Source: a virus
Taxonomy: Duplodnaviria > Caudoviricetes
IMG/VR virus record: IMGVR_UViG_3300017766_002142
Coordinates: 1-30,382 of that record
DNA length: 30,382 bases
Direction: 5' to 3' (one strand)
Each line of letters opens with the position of its first letter. Position 1 is the stretch's first letter. A program made the translations under genes and the position numbers. Below, in pieces: positions 1 to 8,101 of the stretch. The notes beneath the pieces are model-generated. The model did no database searches. It was not told where the DNA came from and saw nothing but the letters and a program-made list of their open reading frames with translations.

Positions 1-2
1 AG

Positions 3-875
3 GGTTCGTCCCTTGACAAATTGAAGAAGGCAGTTGAAGCATCTTCAGCAGGTAATGGTGGTGGCAAGAACGTTGATGATCGTTTTTGGCAACCAGAAGT
101 TGATGCCGCTGGCAATGGATACGCAGTAATTCGTTTCCTTGACACTCCAGCCGTCGACGGTGAAGATGGTCTTCCTTGGGTTCAAATCTGGTCTCACGGA
201 TTCCAAGGTCCAGGTGGTTGGTATATTGAGAATTCTCTCACAACTCTTGGCAAAACTGACCCTGTTTCTGAGTACAACACAGTTCTTTGGAATTCTGGCG
301 TTGAAGCCAACAAGGAAATTGCTCGTAAGCAGAAGCGCAAGTTGACCTACATCGCAAATGTTCTTGTGATTTCTGACGCAAAGCGTCCGCAAAATGAAGG
401 CAAGGTTTTTCTTTACAAGTTCGGAAAGAAGATTTTCGACAAGATTAAGGAGCAACTTGAGCCACAGTTTGCTGATGAAACTCCAATGAATCCTTTCGAT
501 TTCTGGAAGGGTGCAAACTTCAAGGTCAAGATTCGTAATGTCGAAGGCTATCGTAACTATGACAAGTCGGAGTTTGAATCTCCTGCTGCATTGTTGAATG
601 GTGACGACACGAAGATCGAGCAGGTTTGGAAGTCTGCGCATTCACTCAAGGATTTCTTGAAGCCTGATAACTTCAAGTCCTATGATGAACTCAAGGCGAA
701 GTTGGATAAGGTTCTTGGCGCTGGTGGCTCAACGGCTGCTGCTGCTCGCAAGATCGATGATGAGGAAACATCTGCTCCCGTGATTCGTTCGGCTCCTGCT
801 AAGAAGGCAACTGCTGAAGACGTTACCGTCGAAGACGATGATATGGCATTCTTCGAGAAGCTGGCTGCTGAGTAA
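3..875 (+). CDS. gp32: T4-like single-stranded DNA-binding protein gp32, 5'-truncated
   Basis: Motifs DDRFW, GNGYAVIRFL, HGFQGPGGWYIENS, KFGKKIFDKI, NPFDFWKGANFKVKI, NYDKSEF and an acidic C-tail DDDMAFFEKLA. The frame is open back to position 3 (GSSLDKLKK), so the true start lies outside the window. Confidence 0.96.
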   Translation, partial: GSSLDKLKKAVEASSAGNGGGKNVDDRFWQPEVDAAGNGYAVIRFLDTPAVDGEDGLPWVQIWSHGFQGPGGWYIENSLTTLGKTDPVSEYNTVLWNSGVEANKEIARKQKRKLTYIANVLVISDAKRPQNEGKVFLYKFGKKIFDKIKEQLEPQFADETPMNPFDFWKGANFKVKIRNVEGYRNYDKSEFESPAALLNGDDTKIEQVWKSAHSLKDFLKPDNFKSYDELKAKLDKVLGAGGSTAAAARKIDDEETSAPVIRSAPAKKATAEDVTVEDDDMAFFEKLAAE

Positions 876-903
876 TTTGTTTTAGAAAACTGTTGATGTT
901 TTC

Positions 904-929
904 GGGGGGACTTCGGTCCCCCCTTTTTT
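904..929 (+). terminator. Rho-independent terminator after gp32
   Basis: Perfect 8-bp stem GGGGGGAC/GTCCCCCC with a TTCG loop (cUUCGg), followed by T6. It overlaps the stop codon of the convergent gene. Confidence 0.93.
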
Positions 930-3468
930 ATGCAGGTCTAACTTGTGGAAATGGGGAGTCCATATTGTTTTTTTGTTGTAGGATTTTGACGTCTTGAGCA
1001 ATTCGTGTAACTTCTTGTAGAGTTCCTTTAATTGCTGCCAATGCAGCATCCGCTTTACCCTCTGCTACAGCAGATTCATTCGTTGCCTGCGCTACTGATG
1101 AAGCGTCGTTCATAAGTGGTCTTTGGGCTACAGAGTTTGCGCCTAAAGATATAAAGTATTTTAGTATTGCTTGATCTTCACTCAATTTATCAACTGCTTG
1201 ATTTGGTAATGATGCCGCCAAAGTTGCACCAGAACTACTCATTCTTAGCGCACCGCCATTAGATGCATTAGCAAAATATCTAACTGCTGAATTTCCACCT
1301 TCCATCATAATCATAGCTGCCATTACTTCAGGTATTTTTGAATCTGGAATTTGTTCGTATGGCTGTATTCCTGTTTGTTTTGACACGAAATCAACGTATC
1401 TAAGAGTATCGTTCTCACTTTTAGGCGCATACTCACTTATAAATTTATACAGTGTTTCTTTTCTTTGTTGAGTATCAAGTCTGACTTGCGCTTCCATTGC
1501 GCGCAATCCAGCTTCGGGTGTTGGAAAAATAGCAAAACCGCCTGAGTCAACACCAGTTGCTTCTCGTTGTTTAGCATACTTTAAATTTCCAGGATTGTTA
1601 TTTCTAATCGATCTAACTGATCCAGAACCTTGATTATTGCTTGCTTGTGAGTTAATTTGCGCGCTTACTGGATTTTGTGATGTTCCAGAAGCAGCGACTA
1701 ACGAACTTGAGTCTAACATTTTATCTTCAAATAAAATACCAAAAAGTTTTTCAGCGACCCAAGAATCACTACCAGATTCTGTTAGCGCCGCAGAGGCAAG
1801 TATACTGCCACCAAATCCAAGTAATGCGCCACCAAATGTTCCAAGTGGACCCGCAATAAATGTACCAACAGTAGCACCTGCTATGGCGCCCATGACACCA
1901 ACCCCGACTGTATTCACTAATCTGGTTAACGATCCAGTCATATTTTCTTTATACTCGTCTGCTTTAATTCTTCCACTATCATAGTCTTCTTGGGTTGAAG
2001 ACATTAAACCAAGCTCTAACACAATGTATGGCACAGCAGCAACAGGAATTTTTCTAAGTAACGAACTACCCTTTAAAGCAGTCATCATTTTGTTTAGCAC
2101 TGCTGATCCTTTTGACCCCAACACTCTTCTAACAGCAGTAGTGCTTCTTCGCACCATGCTAGGAGTCTTCCCAGCAATTCTTGTTTGTGCGCGTGCTCTT
2201 CGTTCGTCTGCAGGAGAAAATCCTCCAAGACCAGCTGGTCTGGATCTTTGCGAAAGCATTTCTAACATTCTTCTAGAAGCATTTGGACGAGGAGTAGATC
2301 GAAATCTTTCTCGGTTTTGATCATACCGTTCAACACTAGCATTATATTGTCTGTATCTATCCATTCTGGCTTTGAAAGATTCACGACCAGCGAATTTGTT
2401 TCGCATTTGTCTAGATTTAAGTGCTCGTAATGCTTTTCCTATAGGAAGTTTAGATAATGCCTTGGCACCATAATATGATGTGATACCTAAAACCGCAACA
2501 TCAAACATTTGAAGTGATGTGCTTTTAACATCATCTATTTTTTTCTGTGCCTCTATTTGCGCTTCATATGTCGTGTATTCAATAGAGCCAGGAGGGTGCG
2601 GATTTGGTGGATAATTGCGTTCTATAACTGGTTTTCCAGAAAACCGTTCTCCCATTCTGCCAATAGAACCACCAATTATTTCTGGCGCCATGGTAACAGC
2701 AAGACCTATTCTACTAATTTTACCAAGAACTGGAACAGATTGTTTAAGCACATATTCTATAATTTTTGATGTTGCTGGAATAGATGCTGCACCTATAAGA
2801 CCTCCAAGAGCAGTGACTATTTGTTGAGTGGTTTTATCTCCACCCATACCCTGTGCGACTTGACTTGCAAGGTATGCCGCGATGCCGCCAGCTGCAGCAA
2901 CTTTACCCAAGTCAGTTAATAATTTAGATTGTGTAATATCTTCTACTCTACCGCGTTTACCAATAACGCCTCCTTTTTTTAACTCTTGTAATTGAGAGTT
3001 TATTTGTTCTATTTGACCTTTTACAGTTCTGCTACTCAAAGGTACTCTGAACGCAGAGGAGTTTTGTAGCGTTAGTGCATTATCTGTTAAAAAATTAATT
3101 TTTCGCTCGCGCTTAAAATAACCCAAATCATTAACAATCATGTTAATCATGGCTGAGTTTTTTTCTGTCACAGATTGTAAAAGACTAACTTGTCTAGATA
3201 ATGCTGCTACTGAATTAACAACATTTGTTTTAAATGATGTCTCTTCTTCAACTCTATCAGTATCTTTTCTGTCGACGTATCTCTGCTGAGCAATGTTGTA
3301 TAGTGTACTCGACTTTGTTAAAGAAGCAACCATCCCCAATAAAGAAAATCTAAAGCGAAGATTAAACTTTAAACTCTCGAGCATTGCTCCTGTAACAGAC
3401 ATAGATCTGCTAGGAGTGAACGAATTATACGAACTATTTAATTTTGATACGACTGACTTTAGGCTCAT
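928..3468 (-). CDS. Probable tape-measure/baseplate-hub protein (gp29 position) with a C-terminal putative peptidoglycan hydrolase domain
   Basis: 846 aa, mostly helical. Gly/Ala-rich hydrophobic segments (GVGVMGAIAGATVGTFIAGPLGTFGGALLGFGG) and the motif IRNNNPGNL...FAIFPTPEAGLRAM...YAPKSENDT. It lies directly after the gp26/gp51-like genes. Confidence 0.7.
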   Translation of the reverse strand: MSLKSVVSKLNSSYNSFTPSRSMSVTGAMLESLKFNLRFRFSLLGMVASLTKSSTLYNIAQQRYVDRKDTDRVEEETSFKTNVVNSVAALSRQVSLLQSVTEKNSAMINMIVNDLGYFKRERKINFLTDNALTLQNSSAFRVPLSSRTVKGQIEQINSQLQELKKGGVIGKRGRVEDITQSKLLTDLGKVAAAGGIAAYLASQVAQGMGGDKTTQQIVTALGGLIGAASIPATSKIIEYVLKQSVPVLGKISRIGLAVTMAPEIIGGSIGRMGERFSGKPVIERNYPPNPHPPGSIEYTTYEAQIEAQKKIDDVKSTSLQMFDVAVLGITSYYGAKALSKLPIGKALRALKSRQMRNKFAGRESFKARMDRYRQYNASVERYDQNRERFRSTPRPNASRRMLEMLSQRSRPAGLGGFSPADERRARAQTRIAGKTPSMVRRSTTAVRRVLGSKGSAVLNKMMTALKGSSLLRKIPVAAVPYIVLELGLMSSTQEDYDSGRIKADEYKENMTGSLTRLVNTVGVGVMGAIAGATVGTFIAGPLGTFGGALLGFGGSILASAALTESGSDSWVAEKLFGILFEDKMLDSSSLVAASGTSQNPVSAQINSQASNNQGSGSVRSIRNNNPGNLKYAKQREATGVDSGGFAIFPTPEAGLRAMEAQVRLDTQQRKETLYKFISEYAPKSENDTLRYVDFVSKQTGIQPYEQIPDSKIPEVMAAMIMMEGGNSAVRYFANASNGGALRMSSSGATLAASLPNQAVDKLSEDQAILKYFISLGANSVAQRPLMNDASSVAQATNESAVAEGKADAALAAIKGTLQEVTRIAQDVKILQQKNNMDSPFPQVRPA

Positions 3469-3668
3469 TACTTTCTTCTATTAACCTGTTTTTTCTTTGA
3501 AATTATTGAATTAATTCTTGCTTCTTGCTCAGATTTTATCTTCTTCGCTTTCTCAGTTTCTTCCTTAACCCAGTTATTGAGCATTCCAATATAAAGATCT
3601 CGTTCCCATGGTACCATGTTTTCTAATTCAGTCAATGTGTATTTGTATTGATGAACTAACGTAAACAT
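3468..3668 (-). CDS. gp51: Small gp51-like baseplate hub assembly protein; probably the -1 frame extension of the upstream gene (frame open from 3719)
   Basis: HQYKYTLTELENMVPWERDLYI matches the short gp51 of cyanophage-type T4-likes. Family-like sequence (SLKDYY) continues upstream of the ATG. Confidence 0.8.
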   Translation of the reverse strand: MFTLVHQYKYTLTELENMVPWERDLYIGMLNNWVKEETEKAKKIKSEQEARINSIISKKKQVNRRK

Positions 3669-3670
3669 GT

Positions 3671-3719
3671 TTCCGTAATAATCTTTTAAAGACTTACCAC
3701 GGAAGGTTAGGTAAAAAAA
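3671..3719 (-). promoter_or_regulatory. Candidate -1 programmed ribosomal frameshift signal (slippery heptamer plus hairpin)
   Basis: T TTT TTT at 3719-3713 in gp26 codons D-F-F, an 8-nt spacer, then stem TTCCGTGGTAA (3704-3694) / TTATTACGGAA (3681-3671). Confidence 0.7.
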
Positions 3720-4462
3720 TCAGAAAGACCCTCCATATGTAATTTGTGTTGAAAGTTACACTTTTGACAATTGTGTATCAAGTCATAACTAATTGTCGGC
3801 AACGATTCAAAAAAGTTAGTAATTTGTGTAAATTGTTCCTGGGTTAATCCCTCTAAGAATCCCATAAATTCTTCTTTACTCGTTTCATTAGTATAAAACA
3901 AATCATCATTATCAAAAATATACTCGCAACAGTCATAAATCATATTGTATAAGTCGTTAACATCTTCAGATAGCGTTAATGACTGAATAGACTTATATGT
4001 TTCTAGAGTTGGGAATTTTAATTGCATTCCAACGGTTTGATTGAATTTAATCTTTGTTGATATATTGTCGATTGGTGGTTTTATATCTAATACATTTATT
4101 TCCACTGGCATCATATGCCCACACTCTATGCTTTGCTCCTCACCCTCTTCATTTTTGTTTACTCCAACAACATTCTTACAAACAAAATAAGACTCAACTT
4201 TTTCTCCAACTGATCTAGCGCGTATGTTCAAGAAAAGATATTCTATATCAAAAATTGGTATTTTGTCTATATCTATTTCTTCTAACAGACAATTATTAAT
4301 AACTTGTTTTACTGTTTTTAAGATATCTTCTTCTTTTCCATTTTGAAGCGCCATTAAAAGTAATTTTTCTTCTTTAACCAAAAATGGTCTAAACTTAACA
4401 GGTTTCTCTTTAGAAACTAACTTCAACTCATAAATTTGCAAATCTATTTTTGGCAAAGGCAT
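3707..4462 (-). CDS. gp26: gp26-like baseplate hub assembly chaperone
   Basis: MPLPKI, FRPFLVKEEKLLL, FDIEYLFLNIRARSVGE, C-terminal CxxC and EGLSDFF. Start moved to ATG 4462, which has GGAG 6 nt upstream; 251 aa. Confidence 0.9.
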   Translation of the reverse strand: MPLPKIDLQIYELKLVSKEKPVKFRPFLVKEEKLLLMALQNGKEEDILKTVKQVINNCLLEEIDIDKIPIFDIEYLFLNIRARSVGEKVESYFVCKNVVGVNKNEEGEEQSIECGHMMPVEINVLDIKPPIDNISTKIKFNQTVGMQLKFPTLETYKSIQSLTLSEDVNDLYNMIYDCCEYIFDNDDLFYTNETSKEEFMGFLEGLTQEQFTQITNFFESLPTISYDLIHNCQKCNFQHKLHMEGLSDFFT

Positions 4463-4487
4463 AATAATCTCCAATAATTATGTAATC

Positions 4488-5129
4488 TTAAACTATTTCT
4501 ATGTCTCTAAAGTAAAAACTACAATTAACCTTATGATAACCTTCATCTGCCCAATTAGACGGCATAGATTGTAAATTTAATGGATACAAATCTATTAATC
4601 TAACGTACATATTTGTGACAGCATTTCGGGATGACGTAGATGTGTATGTCGTGTCTTCAAATTGAGTTAATTCCACAGAACCTATAATCTCATCAAAATA
4701 TCTGTTTTGTGTAGAGGTCGATGAAATTCCATAAATCCAATTACTCATTATTCTGTATACAGGTATTTCGTCGTTAATGTAAAAACTAAAATTAACTTCG
4801 TTTACATCTCTCGCGTAAGATATCTTATTCTTTAGCTGTCCTGGTATTCTATAATCTGTTGTTGACAAAACTTGCCCTGGAAATTCTATCGAATCACACA
4901 AAAAAATCAGTTTTTTAAGATCTAATCCACGTATATCGCTATACGCGAACAATGGTATTTTCGTGAACTGCATAGCAAATTTAGAACTTCTTATAAAATT
5001 TTGATTTTTAAAAGAATCAATATTGTAGATTGCAGAAGATTTTCTTGACGCGACTAAAGTTTCTTCCAATCCAGGATTGTTTTCTGTTGGTTGGGTAAAT
5101 AAGTTTCTAAAGAAATCTGATATCGCCAT
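4488..5129 (-). CDS. Tail-tube-fold protein, gp54-like baseplate tail-tube initiator
   Basis: LCDSIEFPG...STTDYRIPG...ISYAR...VNFSFY...W...LYPLNL pattern of the gp19/gp54 family; position between gp2 and gp26. Confidence 0.75.
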   Translation of the reverse strand: MAISDFFRNLFTQPTENNPGLEETLVASRKSSAIYNIDSFKNQNFIRSSKFAMQFTKIPLFAYSDIRGLDLKKLIFLCDSIEFPGQVLSTTDYRIPGQLKNKISYARDVNEVNFSFYINDEIPVYRIMSNWIYGISSTSTQNRYFDEIIGSVELTQFEDTTYTSTSSRNAVTNMYVRLIDLYPLNLQSMPSNWADEGYHKVNCSFYFRDIEIV

Positions 5130-5674
5130 TAGGTTTTATACACCATTTTTGCGGTTGGAAGAAATATCGCCGTTTCCCAACTGTTAGGCTCAATGTAAAT
5201 TAGCGATGAGCGAATGTGACTTAACAAGTATCTTTTAATACAGGGTTCAATCATTTTGTATCGACGCGATCTGGATAGCAAATCATACGACAAATTAAAC
5301 TTGGTCGAGTCATTATATTTATCATTATTGGCAAAATCTAATAGTTTATCTAAAAGAGCCAGTCTGCTGTATGGGTCTAGATAATGTAGATTTAATCCTA
5401 AAAAACCATCCGAATACATTTCCATAGGAATAACCAGTGGGAATTTATCGTACACTGGCAATTTATCTTTATATTTTGGATCGTAATGGTAAAAATACAT
5501 ACGACCAATAAACGCTTTAGGTGAGATTCTAGAAGCATCATTCAGAACATTAGATCGATCTGATGGAATACGAAGTTGACCTATTTTTTGACCTAGCCAT
5601 GCTCTAGCTGAATCGGTTCTCGGGCGAATGCCTGCGGCACTCATTTCTTTGCTTATTTTTGTAAAAAGTGACAT
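5129..5674 (-). CDS. gp2: DNA end protector protein gp2
   Basis: GRMYFYHYDPKYKDKLPVYDKFPLVI, GFLGLNLHYL, PCIKRYL, WETAIFLP. Confidence 0.93.
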   Translation of the reverse strand: MSLFTKISKEMSAAGIRPRTDSARAWLGQKIGQLRIPSDRSNVLNDASRISPKAFIGRMYFYHYDPKYKDKLPVYDKFPLVIPMEMYSDGFLGLNLHYLDPYSRLALLDKLLDFANNDKYNDSTKFNLSYDLLSRSRRYKMIEPCIKRYLLSHIRSSLIYIEPNSWETAIFLPTAKMVYKT

Positions 5675-6108
5675 TATAGACCTAAATCTTTCTCTGTTAT
5701 GACTTTAAATTGCCAATTTCTATTCTCGCAAAATTTTACTGCAGCGTTCCATTTTGCTTCATTTATACCCCAAGTTGCAACTTCACGGATATACTGTTTT
5801 GTAATTCTGGCTTTACGTTTAGGTGGCTGGGCTTGCGAAAGAGGCTTAACTTCTAAAATCATAGATTCAATTATTCCAGATCTTTTGCGCATTCTTACAA
5901 AAAAGTCTGGGAAGTATCGGTGCATTTTGTTGTCAACTGGCGATAAATAGGGTATAACGATTTCTTCATTTGACCATTCGATTACACCAGGATTATCATC
6001 TAGGTGCACCATAACTCGGCGTTCCCATAACGATCTGTACCAGATGTTTGTTGGATCACCTAAATATTTATTGGTATTTTTAGGACTAAATTTACCACTG
6101 TAAGCCAT
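5674..6108 (-). CDS. gp4: Head completion nuclease gp4
   Basis: MAYSGKF.P.N..KY.GDP..I.YRSLWER, WSNEE, HRYFPDF, EVKP, N.AKW.AA, F.VITEKDL. Start set at the conserved MAYSGKF ATG (6108). Confidence 0.93.
   Translation of the reverse strand: MAYSGKFSPKNTNKYLGDPTNIWYRSLWERRVMVHLDDNPGVIEWSNEEIVIPYLSPVDNKMHRYFPDFFVRMRKRSGIIESMILEVKPLSQAQPPKRKARITKQYIREVATWGINEAKWNAAVKFCENRNWQFKVITEKDLGL
6060..6066 (+). promoter_or_regulatory. Possible late promoter (CTAAATA) for the gp48 operon
   Basis: Variant late motif about 65 nt upstream of the gp48 ATG, within the palindrome TAAATATTTA inside gp4. Could be chance in AT-rich DNA. Confidence 0.35.
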
Positions 6109-6113
6109 AACCG

Positions 6114-6121
6114 TATTTATA
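6114..6121 (-). promoter_or_regulatory. T4-type late promoter TATAAATA for the gp4 operon
   Basis: Exact T4 late consensus in the 22-bp divergent intergenic gap, 5 nt before the gp4 ATG. Confidence 0.75.
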
Positions 6122-6130
6122 GGAAAAATA

Positions 6131-7417
6131 ATGAGCAATGCAGGTTTGTCTCCAGAGCAAATGGCAATAATTCTTGGTAAAAATTCAACAGAGGCGCAGC
6201 GTCGCGCGAATTTTAGTGGAACAACGCTCCCAGTTCATGTAAGTGGGCGTCCAGTTGGACATGGTGATCAAAATCAAGTTAGAGGGCAATTTCCAACAAC
6301 TGGATCAGTTACAACTGGATCAGTTAGAATGTCTGATCCCTCCACACCGCAAGTTACTACCACTCAAGTTACCGATAAACTAAACACCGAGACAGCAGAT
6401 ATACAAAATCGTGGGTTAGATCGTTCCGCATTATCTTTAATTAAATTTCCAACAACAATCGAAGTAGATAATACGCCATATGTTCTTATTAAAATTTTTA
6501 AGAGCGCAGTTGGAACTATCCAACAAACTGAAGAGGGGGATCCAACAAATAGTATTGTTGATGGTGTGAATGTTGGCGTTTCTGGATTACAAAATGCTAT
6601 TGATGCGTCGCCAACCGCTACCGCCGCAGCAGATAAAGCAAAACAACTTCTGAGTGGAGCAACTAATAGTTTAACCGAATTGACTGGAAACACATTTAAT
6701 GTTGGTGCGTTTGCTACAAAAGCAAAAGATCTTCTTACAAACTATGCGTTGCGAAGAAACATTGAACAATTGAGTTATGCTATCGCTTTAACGATGCCCG
6801 AGAATCTCGCAGTTTCTTATCAAAATAATTTTGACCAGTTGTCTTTAACTTCTGCGTTGGTTGGATTTGGGTTAGTAGCACAAGCATTGTCTTCTACTGA
6901 TGGTAAAGGTGAAAGCGCCAATCCATTTATTGCAGAAGCAGCAGGACGCGCTATTGGCGCCTTCACTGAGGACTTTAGAAAACTTGGGTTATTTGCTACG
7001 ACAGGAAGAACTGTTAACCCACAACTAGAACTCATATACAACTCACCTGGACTAAGACAATTTACACTAGACTTTAGATTAATCCCTAGAAATGCCCAAG
7101 AATCTTCCGATATAGGAACTATTTTACAAGTGTTAAAAATGCAAGCAGCGCCACAAATTTCTCCAGGAACATCGAGCAGATATTTTATTCCACCATCACA
7201 GTTTCAATTAGAATTTTACGATGGAGTGAATCATGGGTATTCGAATCCGTTTCTATTTAAAACTAAAAAATGTGTGTTAGAGGACATTAGTATTGACTAT
7301 TCTGGTGGCGGCTCGTTTGCAACATTCTATACTGGCGCACCAGTTGAAATTAGATTAAGTCTTAGATTTACAGAAACAGTAATTATAGATCAAAATGCTG
7401 TAGCAGAAGGATTTTAA
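6131..7417 (+). CDS. gp48: Baseplate tail-tube cap gp48 with N-terminal extension
   Basis: IALTMP, NPQLELIYNSPGLRQFTLDFRLIPRNAQES, CVLEDISIDYS, PVEIRLSLRFTE; AGGA RBS. Confidence 0.88.
   Translation: MSNAGLSPEQMAIILGKNSTEAQRRANFSGTTLPVHVSGRPVGHGDQNQVRGQFPTTGSVTTGSVRMSDPSTPQVTTTQVTDKLNTETADIQNRGLDRSALSLIKFPTTIEVDNTPYVLIKIFKSAVGTIQQTEEGDPTNSIVDGVNVGVSGLQNAIDASPTATAAADKAKQLLSGATNSLTELTGNTFNVGAFATKAKDLLTNYALRRNIEQLSYAIALTMPENLAVSYQNNFDQLSLTSALVGFGLVAQALSSTDGKGESANPFIAEAAGRAIGAFTEDFRKLGLFATTGRTVNPQLELIYNSPGLRQFTLDFRLIPRNAQESSDIGTILQVLKMQAAPQISPGTSSRYFIPPSQFQLEFYDGVNHGYSNPFLFKTKKCVLEDISIDYSGGGSFATFYTGAPVEIRLSLRFTETVIIDQNAVAEGF
6296..6325 (+). repeat. Perfect 15-bp tandem duplication ACAACTGGATCAGTT x2 (TTGSV TTGSV)
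   Basis: Read directly from the sequence. Confidence 0.9.
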
Positions 7418-8101
7418 ATGTATTTTAGACAATTTCCTAAAATTCCATATTCATTCAATCTTACTAATGACGGCGCGTTAACAGCTGTTACAAATATATT
7501 TGCACGATTTAGTTTAAAAAGTGATGTAATTGACAACGCTTATGGTTTTTATAAGTATCAAGTTGAAGAAACAGACACACCAGAAATAATTGCATATAAA
7601 CAATATGGCGACCCAGAACTTCACTGGATAATTATTATGGTTAATCAAATTAGTGATCCACTTTTTGAATTACCATTGCCCAGAAACGCATTAGAGAAAA
7701 CAATTATTAAAAAATATGGATATTCTTCAATATCAGAAGCATATTCAAGCATTCACCACTATGAACTTGAAGTAAAAAAAGTGTTGTCAGAGATTGACGG
7801 ATCAAAACATACAACTACAGAAACTAGTATAGTCACATTAGACCAATATAATTATTCATCAAATACTATTGTTACAAAATCAATTGACTCACCAACCACA
7901 GAAAATATCACATTTTATGCAAATAATTCTGATATAACAAGTCAAATAGTTGCAACGTTAACAGTACAATCTACATATAAACCAGTTTATGTTTATGACT
8001 ATGAATCTAATTTAAACGAATCTAGAAGACAAATTAAAATTTTAAAGCCACAATATGTGGAGAGTTTAATTCGCGATATTGGAAATGTTTTGAATGATTA
8101 A
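7418..8101 (+). CDS. gp53: Baseplate wedge protein gp53
   Basis: MYFRQFPKIPY, DTPEIIAYKQYGDPELHWII (LysM-like), IHHYE, YDYESNLNESRRQIKILKP. Confidence 0.92.
   Translation: MYFRQFPKIPYSFNLTNDGALTAVTNIFARFSLKSDVIDNAYGFYKYQVEETDTPEIIAYKQYGDPELHWIIIMVNQISDPLFELPLPRNALEKTIIKKYGYSSISEAYSSIHHYELEVKKVLSEIDGSKHTTTETSIVTLDQYNYSSNTIVTKSIDSPTTENITFYANNSDITSQIVATLTVQSTYKPVYVYDYESNLNESRRQIKILKPQYVESLIRDIGNVLND

Noticed and set aside
45-641. 198-aa minus-strand ORF, and the other short ORFs nested in large genes
   Set aside because: They fully overlap well-supported conserved genes and have no motifs or RBS support.
904-929. Bidirectional termination at the gp32 hairpin
   Set aside because: On the minus strand the hairpin is followed by GAAAAC, not a U-tract, so only plus-strand termination is supported.
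5674-6108. TnsA-like transposase or mobile element
   Set aside because: The PD-(D/E)XK motif belongs to gp4 in its normal position next to gp2; no terminal repeats or partner genes.
6109-6138. Longer ORF-track start for gp4 (likewise 4474 for gp26 and TTG 21 for gp32)
   Set aside because: Conserved N-termini and promoter/RBS positions favour 6108 and 4462; gp32 is open to the window edge.
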